From contig CBDCPP010000001.1 in NCBI GenBank assembly GCA_965220315.1, positions 972,806 through 1,036,805 of the forward strand: a stretch of 64,000 nt of DNA. The letters run 5' to 3'. This DNA comes from Dehalococcoidia bacterium (GTDB lineage Bacteria > Chloroflexota > Dehalococcoidia > Bin125). Below are positions 1-10,217 of this stretch, in pieces; position 1 is the first letter of the stretch, and the number at the start of each line of letters is the position of its first letter. Both the position numbers and the translations under genes were made by a program. Under the pieces are notes generated by a model, which was not told where the DNA came from, did not search any database, and was given only the letters and a program-made list of their open reading frames with translations.

Positions 1-528
1 GATCCTGTCATGCTTGATGAGCTCGAGCGCGATGCGGAGATGTTGCTGACGTTTGGGGAGAGTGAAAACGAACACCGCCGCGCCGTTGAGCTGATCGGGC
101 GCAACATCGCTATTAAGGCCGGCGTTGTCTCCGCCGATGAGCGCGAATCGGAGCTACGGATGATCCTTAACTATGGACATACCATCGCTCATGCGCTGGA
201 AGCAGTGACGGGCTACAGTCGCTTCTTGCATGGCGAAGCTTTGGGGATCGGCCTGCTGGGCGCCGCGCGGATCGCGGAGGAAGTGATGGGATTGGATAGT
301 GCGATCGTTGATCGACACCGTGCGGTTATTAAGCGCTACGGCTTGCCCCTGGCTGCTCCCGGTGTCGATGCTGGAGCGGTTCAGCAGGCCATCCGCAGTG
401 ATAAGAAAGTCAGCGCTGGATCCGTACGCTGGGTGCTTCTTGAAGAGCCGGGCCGTCCCGTTATCCGAGATGACGTGCCGTCCAAGTTGGTTGGGAAGGT
501 AGTCGGCCAGTTGACGTCTGAGGATTGA
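1..528 (+). CDS. aroB: 3-dehydroquinate synthase, C-terminal part (5' end lies outside the window)
   Basis: ORF 10..528 is in frame with the window start and has no upstream stop. Motifs NYGHTIAHALE and FLHGEALGIGL are typical of the DHQ synthase C-terminal domain. Confidence 0.8.
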   Translation, partial: DPVMLDELERDAEMLLTFGESENEHRRAVELIGRNIAIKAGVVSADERESELRMILNYGHTIAHALEAVTGYSRFLHGEALGIGLLGAARIAEEVMGLDSAIVDRHRAVIKRYGLPLAAPGVDAGAVQQAIRSDKKVSAGSVRWVLLEEPGRPVIRDDVPSKLVGKVVGQLTSED

Positions 529-537
529 GCGCGCCGC

Positions 538-855
538 GTGTCGCAGGACGACGTAACACCTGAGATCGTCCGCCTTAATGCTCAGCTCCGTGGACAGGTG
601 CAGGGAGTTGGCTTCCGTGACTTCTGCACACGAGTCGCTCACTCTTTGAGCGGCCCGGCGGCTGCAGGTGTTACGGGCTACGCACGCAACCTTCCGAGTG
701 GTACCGAGGTGGAAGTAGTGGCGGAAGCATCCCAAGACCAACTCGATCGTCTGTTGGAAAAGCTCCGCATCGGCCCGGCGGGGGCCCACGTCATCGCAGT
801 TGAGTCGTCCTTTAGCGCTGCTACCCGCGAGTTCGACGGCTTCACCTGGCGCTAA
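538..855 (+). CDS. acyP: acylphosphatase
   Basis: GTG start. Contains the V-Q-G-V-G-F-R signature of acylphosphatases. 105 aa. Confidence 0.85.
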   Translation: MSQDDVTPEIVRLNAQLRGQVQGVGFRDFCTRVAHSLSGPAAAGVTGYARNLPSGTEVEVVAEASQDQLDRLLEKLRIGPAGAHVIAVESSFSAATREFDGFTWR

Positions 856-986
856 GAGTTCAGGCCGGCGCTAGCGAGTACTCTCGTTTCTCAAGGGGGG
901 GGGGTCGGGCAGGCCGCTGCTTGGTCGGCGGTCTGGGCTTCGACTTGCACTAGGCCCTGGATTTGTTGAGGTGCTGACTCGCGTCT

Positions 987-1190
987 TTACTTTGGTGGCT
1001 TGTCTTTGCGGCGGATGTCGCCTGCCCACACAGCAACTGTTCCCGGCACCACCATCGCTGAGGCGACGATTGATACCGTCTCGATGCCTGTCGACGTGAT
1101 GTTGGGCGAACCATGCGTATTCAGCGCAATGATCACTGCCGCCCACGACAGCCACACGAAGATCGTTGCCACCACTCGGCTCTTGTTCAT
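987..1190 (-). CDS. small hypothetical membrane protein (2 predicted TM segments)
   Basis: 67-aa ORF with two hydrophobic stretches in a locally lower-GC spacer between acyP and moeA. No family recognised. Confidence 0.3.
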   Translation of the reverse strand: MNKSRVVATIFVWLSWAAVIIALNTHGSPNITSTGIETVSIVASAMVVPGTVAVWAGDIRRKDKPPK

Positions 1191-1560
1191 CGGATCTGCC
1201 TCGCCATCGTTTGGGCTTTCTGGTTAGTCCAGCATCGGCGGATACGCAGCGAGCACGCCCTTGCGGATCATGTCAGCGTCTGCCAGCGGAAAATCCGCAT
1301 GACCTGATCCAACTCCTCGCACGGGGAACGTTCAAGATCTTGCTCCCGTCCTGAGTTTCCACTGCGCTCTCGTACCGCTCCATCTTGCCACTTGCTTGCT
1401 CCTTTTTCGATAAGGCCGCGTGTCAGCTCAAAGCCGACTGCACAGTTTTCGGTGGTGAGGAGTCTGCTTGTGGGTCTCAGCAAGAATCGCATTGCTGTTT
1501 TCAGGCGCTGGCACGCATACCTCCATGAGGGACGTTAACTGCCTAATCGAAGCGGTACGC

Positions 1561-2862
1561 TCAACCCCAAGGCTGCTCCCAGTCCAGCATGATCACAGTG
1601 GTTTCTTCGCCGGGGTCGATCTGAGCTCGGTCTTCTGGACAGATTGCCAACCCGTTAGCCTGCGCCATCGACGTCAGTACACCTGATCCTTGCGATCCCG
1701 TCAGCCGTGCGTGCCAGCGGCCGTCCTCCCCCTTCCGCACGATCGCCCGCGCATACACGCGGCGCCCGTCTGTATTCACGATCGCCTCGTCCATTACTGC
1801 CTGCAGCAACGGTCGTGCTTCGGGTGTTCGCCCCAGCATCTTGTGGATCACTGGTCGCCCGAACAGCTCGAAGGCCAGCAGCGACGACACCGGATTGCCT
1901 GGCAGTCCGATATGCGGCACCCGACGCCCGTCCGGTGCCGTGAATGTTCCAAACGCCAGCGGCTTTCCCGGCTTCATCCGCACCGTCCAAAAATCGATTG
2001 ACCCTTCCCGCGCTAGGACCTCCTTCACAACGTCGAAGTCGCCACGCGATACCCCTGCCGATGTCACTACTAGGTCGGCTGATAGCGCCTCCTGAATTTT
2101 GGCCGTTAGTGCGTCAACGGTGTCTTTCGCGATCCCTAGCCGCAGCGCGACCCCGCCATATTCCTCCACTAACGCGGCCAGCCCAGGGGCATTGCTGTCG
2201 TAGATCTTGCCGGGTGCCGGTGGTTGGCTAGGCTGGAGCAATTCATCTCCCGTCGACAACACCGCGACGCGCGGTCGCCGGATCACGGTTACCTCGCTGG
2301 TCCCCATTGATGCCAGCACGGCTACCTGTGCCCCCCGCAGCAGCGTGCCCGTCTGCAAGATTGTTTCTCCGGCACGCACGTCTTCGCCTCGTCGCCGGAT
2401 GTTGGCACCGGGTTGCGCTACTCTCGTCACCCCGACTGATTTGGTCGCCTCGTGCGTCTGACCAGGTGCCCGCAGCCCTTCCTCGTCACTTTCTTCGAAC
2501 GGCACAATGCTGTCTGATCCCTCAGGGATCGGCGCGCCCGTCATGATCCGCACGGCCTCCCCTCCGCCCACTACTCCTTCGAAGACGTAACCTGCTGCAA
2601 GCTCCCCCACCACTGATAGCCGCACGACCTCCGTCTCGCTCGCCCCGGCGGTGTCAGCTGCGCGCACCGCGTATCCATCCATCGCCGTGTTGTCGAGCGG
2701 CGGAATGTCGAACGGCGCCTTCACGTCCTCCGCCAGTATTTGGCCGTGCGCTTCTTCGAAGGCTTGCCGCTCGGCGGGAAGCACTTCGCACAGATCGAGG
2801 ATCCGTGCTAACGCTTCTTCAACCGGCAGCATCTCCGCAGGCGGCACAAATCGTTGCGCCAT
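1561..2862 (-). CDS. moeA: molybdopterin molybdenumtransferase MoeA
   Basis: 433 aa. N-terminal ...PFDIPPLDNTAMDGYAVRAADT... and the MoCF-binding domain (STGDEL...GLPGNPVSS) are characteristic of MoeA/gephyrin E-domain. Confidence 0.9.
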   Translation of the reverse strand: MAQRFVPPAEMLPVEEALARILDLCEVLPAERQAFEEAHGQILAEDVKAPFDIPPLDNTAMDGYAVRAADTAGASETEVVRLSVVGELAAGYVFEGVVGGGEAVRIMTGAPIPEGSDSIVPFEESDEEGLRAPGQTHEATKSVGVTRVAQPGANIRRRGEDVRAGETILQTGTLLRGAQVAVLASMGTSEVTVIRRPRVAVLSTGDELLQPSQPPAPGKIYDSNAPGLAALVEEYGGVALRLGIAKDTVDALTAKIQEALSADLVVTSAGVSRGDFDVVKEVLAREGSIDFWTVRMKPGKPLAFGTFTAPDGRRVPHIGLPGNPVSSLLAFELFGRPVIHKMLGRTPEARPLLQAVMDEAIVNTDGRRVYARAIVRKGEDGRWHARLTGSQGSGVLTSMAQANGLAICPEDRAQIDPGEETTVIMLDWEQPWG

Positions 2863-2891
2863 GCGACCTCCTCAGTCGTGCGCCGCAGGCG

Positions 2892-3158
2892 TCAGCTCAA
2901 CTGCACCGTCAGACAGGTTGTCGTGCGCTTAACCCCGCTAACCGTCTGGATTCTCTCAGTAATGCACCGGCCCAGTTTGTTGAGATCGTCGGCCTCTAGG
3001 AGACAGATCACGTCGTAGGGGCCGGTGACCGTGTCGACGCCTACGATCTTCGCCTCGGGGTGTGTGAGTTGGCTCAGTGCGTCACTCACACTCTTCGCTT
3101 CACCCACCTCGGCCTCGATCAGTACGTAGCTCTTCACTGCCATGACCGCTCCCTTCAT
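2892..3158 (-). CDS. stand-alone AsnC/Lrp-type ligand-binding (RAM) domain protein
   Basis: 88 aa. SYVLIEAEVG...VCLLEADDLNKL pattern resembles the C-terminal RAM domain of Lrp/AsnC regulators without the HTH. Confidence 0.55.
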   Translation of the reverse strand: MKGAVMAVKSYVLIEAEVGEAKSVSDALSQLTHPEAKIVGVDTVTGPYDVICLLEADDLNKLGRCITERIQTVSGVKRTTTCLTVQLS

Positions 3159-3279
3159 ATTGCTGTGCTCGTGTTCCGTGTCCGGAATCCTAGCAAGCTC
3201 CCGTGTTCTTGATACCGGAAGCTAATCCGTTCGGACTCGATTGACCCTCGTAGGAGAGCGTTTGTACGGTGATTACACA

Positions 3280-4278
3280 ATGACGGACATTGATCTTGCC
3301 GCCGTTGAGCGTCGCGCTCTTGATGAGCTCGCTGCTGCCTGCGACAGCGCCGCCGCCGCCGCTTGGCGTACGCGCTACCTCGGCAAGAAGGGAGAGGTTA
3401 CCCAGCTGCTCCGCGGCCTGGGCGCGCTTCCGGCTGATCGGCGCAAGCAAGCGGGTCAGGCGGCCAACCGGCTGCGGGCCCTGCTGCAGGAAGCGTTCGA
3501 CCAACGGCGTGCGTCGCTTGAGGCATCCGTCTCAGCCCCTTCAGCGGCGATCGACGTCACGCTCCCTGCGCGTCCGCATCGGCAGGGTCACCTTCATCCG
3601 ATCACGCTTACCCTCCGAGAGATCGAGCGTGTCTTCCGTGACATGGGCTTCGCCGTCGTCGAGGGGCCGCAGGTCGAGTGGGACGAGTACAACTTTGAGC
3701 GACTACGTATTCCCGCTGATCATCCTGCGCGCGATATGTGGGACACGTTGTGGATCGACTACGAGCGTGACGGTCACTATCCAATGCTGCTTCGCACCCA
3801 TACCTCGCCTATGCAGATCCGTTACATTGAGCGCCGCCGCCCTCCAATCCGCGTCATCGTCCCCGGCACGTGCTATCGCTACGAAGCCACGGACGCTACC
3901 CATGAGTGGATGCTTACCCAAGTGGAAGGGCTCGTAATTGACGAGGGGATTAGTTTTGCCCACCTCAAGGGCACCCTGGAGGCTTTCGTTCACCGTCTCT
4001 TCGGTCCTCACGTCGAGGCACGCTTCCGTTGCGATTACTTCCCCTTCGTGGAGCCTGGCGCTGAGGTTGCTATCCGCTGGCGCGACCGGCGCTGGATTGA
4101 ACTACTGGGTGCCGGCATGGTTCACCCCGAGATCCTCGCCGCTGCCGGCTACGATCCCGCGCGCTATACCGGCTTTGCTTTCGGCATCGGTGTAGAGCGC
4201 ACCGCCATGCTGCGCTACGGGATCGACGATATCCGCTACTTCTATGACAATGCACTCGGCTTCCTTGAGCAGTTTTAG
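3280..4278 (+). CDS. pheS: phenylalanine--tRNA ligase alpha subunit
   Basis: Class II aaRS motifs (HPARDMWDT, FRCDYFPFVEPG, GAGMVHPEIL). ATG at 3280 gives a 332-aa product typical for PheS. The 3241 TTG extension is unlikely. Confidence 0.93.
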   Translation: MTDIDLAAVERRALDELAAACDSAAAAAWRTRYLGKKGEVTQLLRGLGALPADRRKQAGQAANRLRALLQEAFDQRRASLEASVSAPSAAIDVTLPARPHRQGHLHPITLTLREIERVFRDMGFAVVEGPQVEWDEYNFERLRIPADHPARDMWDTLWIDYERDGHYPMLLRTHTSPMQIRYIERRRPPIRVIVPGTCYRYEATDATHEWMLTQVEGLVIDEGISFAHLKGTLEAFVHRLFGPHVEARFRCDYFPFVEPGAEVAIRWRDRRWIELLGAGMVHPEILAAAGYDPARYTGFAFGIGVERTAMLRYGIDDIRYFYDNALGFLEQF

Positions 4279-4284
4279 AGTCGT

Positions 4285-6702
4285 ATGAAGCTTTCTCTGC
4301 GCTGGCTCGCTGAGTATGTCGATTTCAGGCTCTCCCCCGAGGAACTGGCACACCGTCTGACGATGGCGGGGGTGGAGGTCGAGGCGATCGAGGAGATCGG
4401 TAGCGACTGGGAACACGTCGTCGTTGGACGGGTGCAGGCACTTACCCCTCACCCGAACGCCGACCGTCTTCGCCTGGCTACCGTTGATATTGGTAGCGGC
4501 GAGCCTTCCACCGTCGTCTGCGGCGCGCCCAACATCGCTGTCGGCCAGACGGTCGCCTTCGCGCGCGAGGGTGCACGTCTGGTCGATGCGCACTCTGGCA
4601 GTCGTCGCGTCCTTAAGCGATCCAAAATCCGCGGCGTCGAATCCGCCGGCATGGTTTGCTCCGACCGCGAACTCGGCATCTCCGACGAGCACGAAGGGAT
4701 CAAAGTTCTTCCCGAGGCTGTGGCGGTCGGTACGCCCCTTGCCGCCACGATCGGCGACACGATCTTTGACTTCAGTCTCACTCCTAACCGGCCCGATCTC
4801 TTTTCCGCCCTAGGGATCGCACGTGAGGTCGCCGCGCTGACCGCTGGCAGCGTACGTGAGCCTGAACGCGGCTACACCGCAGGTGAGCTGCTCGCAGAGG
4901 AAGGCATGTCGGTGGAAATCGAAGCACCGGATCTCTGCACGCGCTATGTGGCTACGCTTGTTCGCGGCCTGACCGTCGCGCCGTCGCCACCCTGGCTCCA
5001 TGCTCGGCTCGAAGCGTCCGGGAGCCGGCCCATCAATAATGTTGTCGATATCACCAATTACGTGATGCTTGAGTTTGGCCAGCCCCTCCACGCTTTCGAC
5101 TTCGACAAGCTGGGAGGCGGCCGCATCGTCGTGCGGCGTGCCCGCGAGGACGAACGCATTACCTTGATCGACGGATCCGAGCATGCGCTCCGCACCGATA
5201 ATCTCGTAATCGCTGATGCGGAAGATGCGGTGGCGGTTGCTGGCGTCATGGGTGATGCGGTTTCACAGGTTTCGGACGACACCTCCACAGTCCTGTTGGA
5301 ATCTGCCACTTTCAACGGCCCAAGCATCCGGCGTACGGCTGCTGCTCTCAAGCTGCGTACGGAGGCCTCCACCCGGTTCGAGAAAGGGCTCACGTCCGAG
5401 CTGGCACGCGAAGCCTCGCGGCGTGCGACTAAGCTTCTCGTCGAGATCTGTGGCGGCACCGCTGCCGGTGTCATCGATGCCTATCCACAGCCACAAAACC
5501 CCGTTTCGATCACACTCACGCACGAGCGCCTCACTCGCGTGCTCGGCAGCGAGCTGCCGCCCGAGCAGATCGTGACGCCGTTAGAGGCGCTTGGTTTCAC
5601 CGTCGATTCTTTGCCGGACAGCTATGCGGTGACTGCACCTTACTGGCGCTCCGATGTGAAGATCGCCGATGACGTGGTGGAAGAGATCGCGCGTATCGTT
5701 GGCTACGATCACCTGCCCAGCGCGCCTCTTCAGGGTTCGATCCCAGATCCGGACCCACAGCCGCTGCGCGACACTGGGACGCGCGTGCGCGACGCGTTCG
5801 CCGCCGCCGGGCTGGTCGAAACGATCAACTATTCGTTGGTTAGCGTCGACGCCATCGCCAGCGTGCAGCCACTCGGTACTATCACCGACCTAGCTCCTCT
5901 CACCTTGCGCAATCCAATGAGCGAGGATCGTGAAGTCCTTCGGACGACTCTGCGTCCCGGCCTCCTCGAGAGTTTCGCTGCCAATCGCCGCCGCCAGCGT
6001 CGCGCTATCGCCCTCTTCGAGGTCGGTCGTGTGTTCCATCCTCGTCCCGACGACCTCCCGTATGAGCGTACGTTTGCGCTCGCGCTTCTCGGCGGGTTAG
6101 GGCCTCAGGCCGCTGTCCACGAGAAAAGTGGATCCGCAGCTGCTATCGACTTCTTCGACGCTAAAGCGGTCGGCCAGTCCGTCGCCGCGACGCTGCGTCT
6201 GGTCTTCACCTACGAGGCGGTGGATGATCCCGCCTTGTACACGGGCCGCTCGGCGCGCGTGCTTGTCGGCAACTCGGCGATCGGTTGTATAGGTCAAGTC
6301 GAGCCTGCGGTCGCGGCGCGCTTCGAGATCGAAGAGCCGATCTATCTGATCGAGTTGGATATCGACGTGCTTACACAAGTGATTGCCGAGCGAGGGCCGC
6401 TGGAATTCAGTCCGCCCAGCCGCTTCCCCGCAGTGGTAGAGGACCTCGCTGTTCTGGTGGACGAAGCCGTGCCCGCAGCCGACGTAGAGCGCCTTATCGC
6501 CCGCTCTCGGCTCGTCGAACGCGTAGAGCTATTCGATCTCTACCGTGGTGCCCCGGTTCCCGCTGGCAAGAAATCGCTGGCTTTCTCGATCGACTACCGT
6601 GCACCGGACCGTACGCTTACGGATAGCGATGTCGCCAAGGCGCGCAAGGGCGTCATCAAACGGCTGGAGCGGGAACTCGGCGCCGTCATCCGCGATGCTT
6701 AA
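4285..6702 (+). CDS. pheT: phenylalanine--tRNA ligase beta subunit
   Basis: 805 aa, starts MKLSLRWLAEYV. tRNA-binding, B3/B4, B5 and FDX-ACB domains in canonical order, immediately downstream of pheS. Confidence 0.95.
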   Translation: MKLSLRWLAEYVDFRLSPEELAHRLTMAGVEVEAIEEIGSDWEHVVVGRVQALTPHPNADRLRLATVDIGSGEPSTVVCGAPNIAVGQTVAFAREGARLVDAHSGSRRVLKRSKIRGVESAGMVCSDRELGISDEHEGIKVLPEAVAVGTPLAATIGDTIFDFSLTPNRPDLFSALGIAREVAALTAGSVREPERGYTAGELLAEEGMSVEIEAPDLCTRYVATLVRGLTVAPSPPWLHARLEASGSRPINNVVDITNYVMLEFGQPLHAFDFDKLGGGRIVVRRAREDERITLIDGSEHALRTDNLVIADAEDAVAVAGVMGDAVSQVSDDTSTVLLESATFNGPSIRRTAAALKLRTEASTRFEKGLTSELAREASRRATKLLVEICGGTAAGVIDAYPQPQNPVSITLTHERLTRVLGSELPPEQIVTPLEALGFTVDSLPDSYAVTAPYWRSDVKIADDVVEEIARIVGYDHLPSAPLQGSIPDPDPQPLRDTGTRVRDAFAAAGLVETINYSLVSVDAIASVQPLGTITDLAPLTLRNPMSEDREVLRTTLRPGLLESFAANRRRQRRAIALFEVGRVFHPRPDDLPYERTFALALLGGLGPQAAVHEKSGSAAAIDFFDAKAVGQSVAATLRLVFTYEAVDDPALYTGRSARVLVGNSAIGCIGQVEPAVAARFEIEEPIYLIELDIDVLTQVIAERGPLEFSPPSRFPAVVEDLAVLVDEAVPAADVERLIARSRLVERVELFDLYRGAPVPAGKKSLAFSIDYRAPDRTLTDSDVAKARKGVIKRLERELGAVIRDA

Positions 6703-7064
6703 CTTGCCGCGGCGAGCCCTGCCTTCGCTTGCGCGACGATTGCGGAGAATGCTTTTGGCTCTCGCACGGCTAGGTCCGCTAGCATCTTGCGGTCCACCTC
6801 AATGCTGGATAGGCGCAGACCGTGCATGAGACTGCTGTAGCTTAACCCCTCTTGGCGCGCCGCAGCGTTAATACGCTGGATCCACAATCGGCGGAAATCG
6901 CCCTTGCGAGCGCGTCGGTCGCGCTTGGCGTACGCCAGCGCGTGCAGCCGCGATTCGTTTGCCCGGCGGAAGATCCGGTGGCGCTGTCCGCGGTGGCCCT
7001 TGGTGGCTGCCAACACGCGCTTATGCCGTCGGCGGTTCTGTGGCCCGCCCTTAACGCGCGGCAT
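6699..7064 (-). CDS. rplT: 50S ribosomal protein L20
   Basis: MPRVKGG...RRLWIQRINAAARQEGLSYS matches the L20 consensus. Confidence 0.95.
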   Translation of the reverse strand: MPRVKGGPQNRRRHKRVLAATKGHRGQRHRIFRRANESRLHALAYAKRDRRARKGDFRRLWIQRINAAARQEGLSYSSLMHGLRLSSIEVDRKMLADLAVREPKAFSAIVAQAKAGLAAAS

Positions 7065-7066
7065 CG

Positions 7067-7279
7067 CTAGCGCTCCCCTACCCCAGTGGGGAGCAGCGCC
7101 TTGATTGTCTTACGGAGGCGCGGGACCGCCACTTCATGCATCTCTCGGATCGCATAGCGCTGGCGCTTGCTCTTTTTCGAGCGGTTATGGCCGCGGTTTC
7201 CCTTCATTCGCATTACTTTGCCTCGGCCGGTCAGTCCGAACCGCTTTTTGGTTCCTCGGTGAGTCTTCTGTTTCGGCAT
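7067..7279 (-). CDS. rpmI: 50S ribosomal protein L35
   Basis: MPKQKTHRGTKKRF...: basic 70-aa L35-like protein between infC and rplT. Confidence 0.9.
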   Translation of the reverse strand: MPKQKTHRGTKKRFGLTGRGKVMRMKGNRGHNRSKKSKRQRYAIREMHEVAVPRLRKTIKALLPTGVGER

Positions 7280-7998
7280 TACGAACCCTGTGGCGGGCCG
7301 TTTCCCACGGCGTCTGTGGATACCTCAGTGACTTTGTCGATGCTCGCCGCACCGTTGTCGTTGTTGGACAGAGTGGTGCCGTCGGTGGCGGCCTCTGATA
7401 CGGGCGGTGCGACACTCGGTTCCAAGTTGTCTCTCTCCACAGCGCGCGCGCGCTCGCGCTCTAGTGCCGCTGACTTCACCTTGTCCTCGGCCACGATCAC
7501 GCTCATGAAGCGGCCTTCCATGCCGATTGGCTTCTCGACCGACAGGGGAATGCCGCGCGCTTCCAAGGTTTGCATCACTCGTCCGATGAGTTCCCGTCCG
7601 ATCTCTGGATGCGTGATCTCGCGCCCCCGAAACATGACGGTGATCTTGAGCTTGTCGCCCTCTTCTAGCAACTTCTGCGCGGTACGGGTCTTGAAGTCGA
7701 TGTCGTGTTGGCCGATCTTCGGCTTCATCGTCACTTCCCGCAGCATCGCGTTCTTCTGTCGCTTGCGTCCTTCGTTGCGCCTCTTTGCTTGCTCGTATTT
7801 GAACTTGCCGTAGTCCAAGAACCGCACAACGGGTGGCGCCGCTCCCGGTGCTACCTCCACCAGATCGAGGCCAAGCTCTTGGGCTTGTGCGAGGGCCTCG
7901 AATGTAGGCAGGATGCCCATCTGCTCGCCGTCCTCGCCGATGACGCGGACATCGGGAACTTGAATCTCCCGATTGACCCGGGGTTCGCGAGTGGCCAG
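7279..7998 (-). CDS. infC: translation initiation factor IF-3; start is non-AUG (probably CUG at 7998 or 8001); the ORF-track ATG at 7920 is internal
   Basis: IF-3 N- and C-domains present (RFLDYGKFKYEQAKRR; MFRGREITHPEIGRE). Conserved N-terminal residues RVNREIQVPDVRVIGEDGEQ lie upstream of the ATG at 7920. The frame is closed by TGA at about 8022, with GGGAGG SD at 8010-8005. Confidence 0.8.
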   Translation of the reverse strand: MATREPRVNREIQVPDVRVIGEDGEQMGILPTFEALAQAQELGLDLVEVAPGAAPPVVRFLDYGKFKYEQAKRRNEGRKRQKNAMLREVTMKPKIGQHDIDFKTRTAQKLLEEGDKLKITVMFRGREITHPEIGRELIGRVMQTLEARGIPLSVEKPIGMEGRFMSVIVAEDKVKSAALERERARAVERDNLEPSVAPPVSEAATDGTTLSNNDNGAASIDKVTEVSTDAVGNGPPQGS

Positions 7999-8163
7999 CA
8001 GCGTCCTCCCGTATGTACGACTCAGTCAGCGATCGGATCGGTGTAGATACTCAGGCCATGCTACCAACGCCCGATTTTCGCGGTCAACCAACTGGGCACG
8101 GTGGGAACAAGTATTGCATTCTCTCGGTTGGCCCGTAGCTGCGCTCAGCGTGCGCTGCCCGGC

Positions 8164-8688
8164 CTAATCCGCCCCTGCGCTACTTAACTCGATCGTCAAG
8201 AGCGGTGCGCCTTGGTCAACGTTCTCGTCCACCGAGACGTGGACCGTCTTCACGATGCCAGCTGTCGGCGAGCGGATCTCGTTATTCATCTTCATCGCTT
8301 GAACCACTAGCAGGCTGTCGCGCTTGGCGACTGCGTCCCCCGCCTGCACCAGCACCTCAACGACTACCCCTGTCATCGGCGACTGTACCGTCAGCTCCCC
8401 TTCTTGCGCATCTGCATCGCCGATTCCCCCCGCCCCGGCTCGGCGCTTCGTCACCAAGAAACTGTCCGCGCCGACAATTGTCCGTATCCCTTGCCCTTCC
8501 CGCTGCAACAGCACCTCCGTCGCGTGATGGTCGAGTATCAGCTCGTACAGCGGCCCCTCCCCGATCCGCTTCAGATCCACGCTGTGCTCGATGCCGTCCA
8601 GGGCGAGTACCAAGCTGCTTTCATCGACCTCGCGGACTTCTACTTCGCGCGCCTCTTGCCCAATGGCCAGCGCTAGTTTCTTCGCCAT
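8164..8688 (-). CDS. biotin carboxyl carrier protein (biotin/lipoyl attachment domain)
   Basis: C-terminal AMKMNNEI biotinylation motif. 15-nt overlap with the upstream biotin carboxylase gene. Confidence 0.8.
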   Translation of the reverse strand: MAKKLALAIGQEAREVEVREVDESSLVLALDGIEHSVDLKRIGEGPLYELILDHHATEVLLQREGQGIRTIVGADSFLVTKRRAGAGGIGDADAQEGELTVQSPMTGVVVEVLVQAGDAVAKRDSLLVVQAMKMNNEIRSPTAGIVKTVHVSVDENVDQGAPLLTIELSSAGAD

Positions 8689-10217
8689 CCCGCCATCAAT
8701 CCTTGCCCCCCGCGAGAGCGTTGCACCCAGGGATCAGAGCCTGCTGCTGGACTACCCTGCTCCCTACTCAGGGTGCCGGCGCTTGCTCCGTTTTGCTGTA
8801 GGAAGCTGGCCGCCGCGAATGCCGCGATATCGGTGTGGTCGGGCCGATCGTCGATCGTCAGGTGCATCGTACGTTCAACGTAGTCCGTGTCGATTTCGCC
8901 CGCGATGAAGTTGGGATCCTGCAACATTGCAATGTGGAACGGTACGTTAGTTTGCAGACCCAGCAACCGGAACTCGGAGAGGGCGCGCAGCATTCGCCGC
9001 CGAGCCTGCTCCCGGTCCAGGCCCCGCGCGATGATCTTCGCGAGCAGCGGGTCATAGTGGACGCCGACGATCATCCCGTTATAGAGGCCACTGTCGACGC
9101 GGATCCCCGGCCCCGCAGGCTCACGGTAATGATGCACAGTGCCGGTACTCGGTAGGAACCCCTGGTAGGGGTCCTCCGCTGCTACCCGGCACTCGATCGC
9201 CCAGCCGCGCATCGTTAAGTCGTTCTCCGCGAACGCCAGCGGCTGCCCCGCTGCGACGCGCAACTGCTCCGCCACCAAGTCGACCCGCCAGACCATTTCG
9301 GTCACGGGATGCTCGACCTGTAGCCGCGTGTTCATTTCCAAAAAGGCAAACTGGTCGTCGTCGTATACCAGGCACTCAACTGTGCCTGCATTCACGTAGC
9401 CACACGCCTCCGCCACCTTGCGCGCCGCTTCCCGCATCCGCATCCGCAGTTCCGGGGTTATCGTCGGCGCCGGTGCCTCTTCGATCAGTTTCTGCCGGCG
9501 CCGTTGAATCGAGCACTCGCGCTCGCCGAGTGTGACGACTTGGCCTTGGTGGTCGGCGATTAACTGGATCTCGATATGGCGCACGGGGCGTAACAACTTT
9601 TCGACATAGATCGCGTCGTCGCCAAACGCCGCGCGCGCCTCCTGCTGTGCGTTAGCGATCGCGCGCGGCAGCTCCTCGGCGTCGTTGACTTCACGGATTC
9701 CCTTGCCTCCGCCTCCTGCCGAGGCCTTGATCAAAAGCGGATACCCGATTTCCCGCGCTACCTGCTCCGCTTCAGATGGGTTCCGCACCGGCTCGATCGT
9801 TCCAGGGATGAGCGGGACTCCTGCTGCTTGCAGGGTGCGGCGTGCTTCCAGCTTACTGCCCATCTTCTCTATCGCTTCCGGCGGCGGTCCGATGAAAACG
9901 AAACCCGCGTCGGTGCAGGCGCGCGCGAATTCCGCATTTTCCGCCAAAAAGCCATAGCCGGGATGCACCGCCTCCGCTTGGGAACGCCGCGCCACATCGA
10001 GGATTTTCTCGATCGCCAAGTAGCTCTCCGACGCCTCCGCTGGGCCGATCGTGTAGGCCTCATCCGCGTAGCGGACATGTGGCGCTGCCTGGTCTGCCTC
10101 TGAGCAGATCGCCACCGATTCCACCCCCAGATCCCGACAACCTCGCACAACGCGTAATGCGATCTCGCCGCGGTTGGCGACAAGCACTTTGCGGAACGGA
10201 GGCGCGGTGTCCGTCAT
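8673..10217 (-). CDS. accC: biotin carboxylase (acetyl/propionyl-CoA carboxylase BC subunit) with a roughly 60-aa C-terminal extension
   Basis: KVLVANRGEIALRV..., ATP-grasp and biotin-carboxylation motifs. Probable start is MTDTAPPFRKVLVANRGEIA. Confidence 0.88.
   Translation of the reverse strand: MTDTAPPFRKVLVANRGEIALRVVRGCRDLGVESVAICSEADQAAPHVRYADEAYTIGPAEASESYLAIEKILDVARRSQAEAVHPGYGFLAENAEFARACTDAGFVFIGPPPEAIEKMGSKLEARRTLQAAGVPLIPGTIEPVRNPSEAEQVAREIGYPLLIKASAGGGGKGIREVNDAEELPRAIANAQQEARAAFGDDAIYVEKLLRPVRHIEIQLIADHQGQVVTLGERECSIQRRRQKLIEEAPAPTITPELRMRMREAARKVAEACGYVNAGTVECLVYDDDQFAFLEMNTRLQVEHPVTEMVWRVDLVAEQLRVAAGQPLAFAENDLTMRGWAIECRVAAEDPYQGFLPSTGTVHHYREPAGPGIRVDSGLYNGMIVGVHYDPLLAKIIARGLDREQARRRMLRALSEFRLLGLQTNVPFHIAMLQDPNFIAGEIDTDYVERTMHLTIDDRPDHTDIAAFAAASFLQQNGASAGTLSREQGSPAAGSDPWVQRSRGGQGLMAGWRRN

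Noticed and set aside
8205-8801. 198-aa plus-strand Pro/Arg-rich ORF
   Set aside because: Antisense to the BCCP and accC genes. Low-complexity composition.
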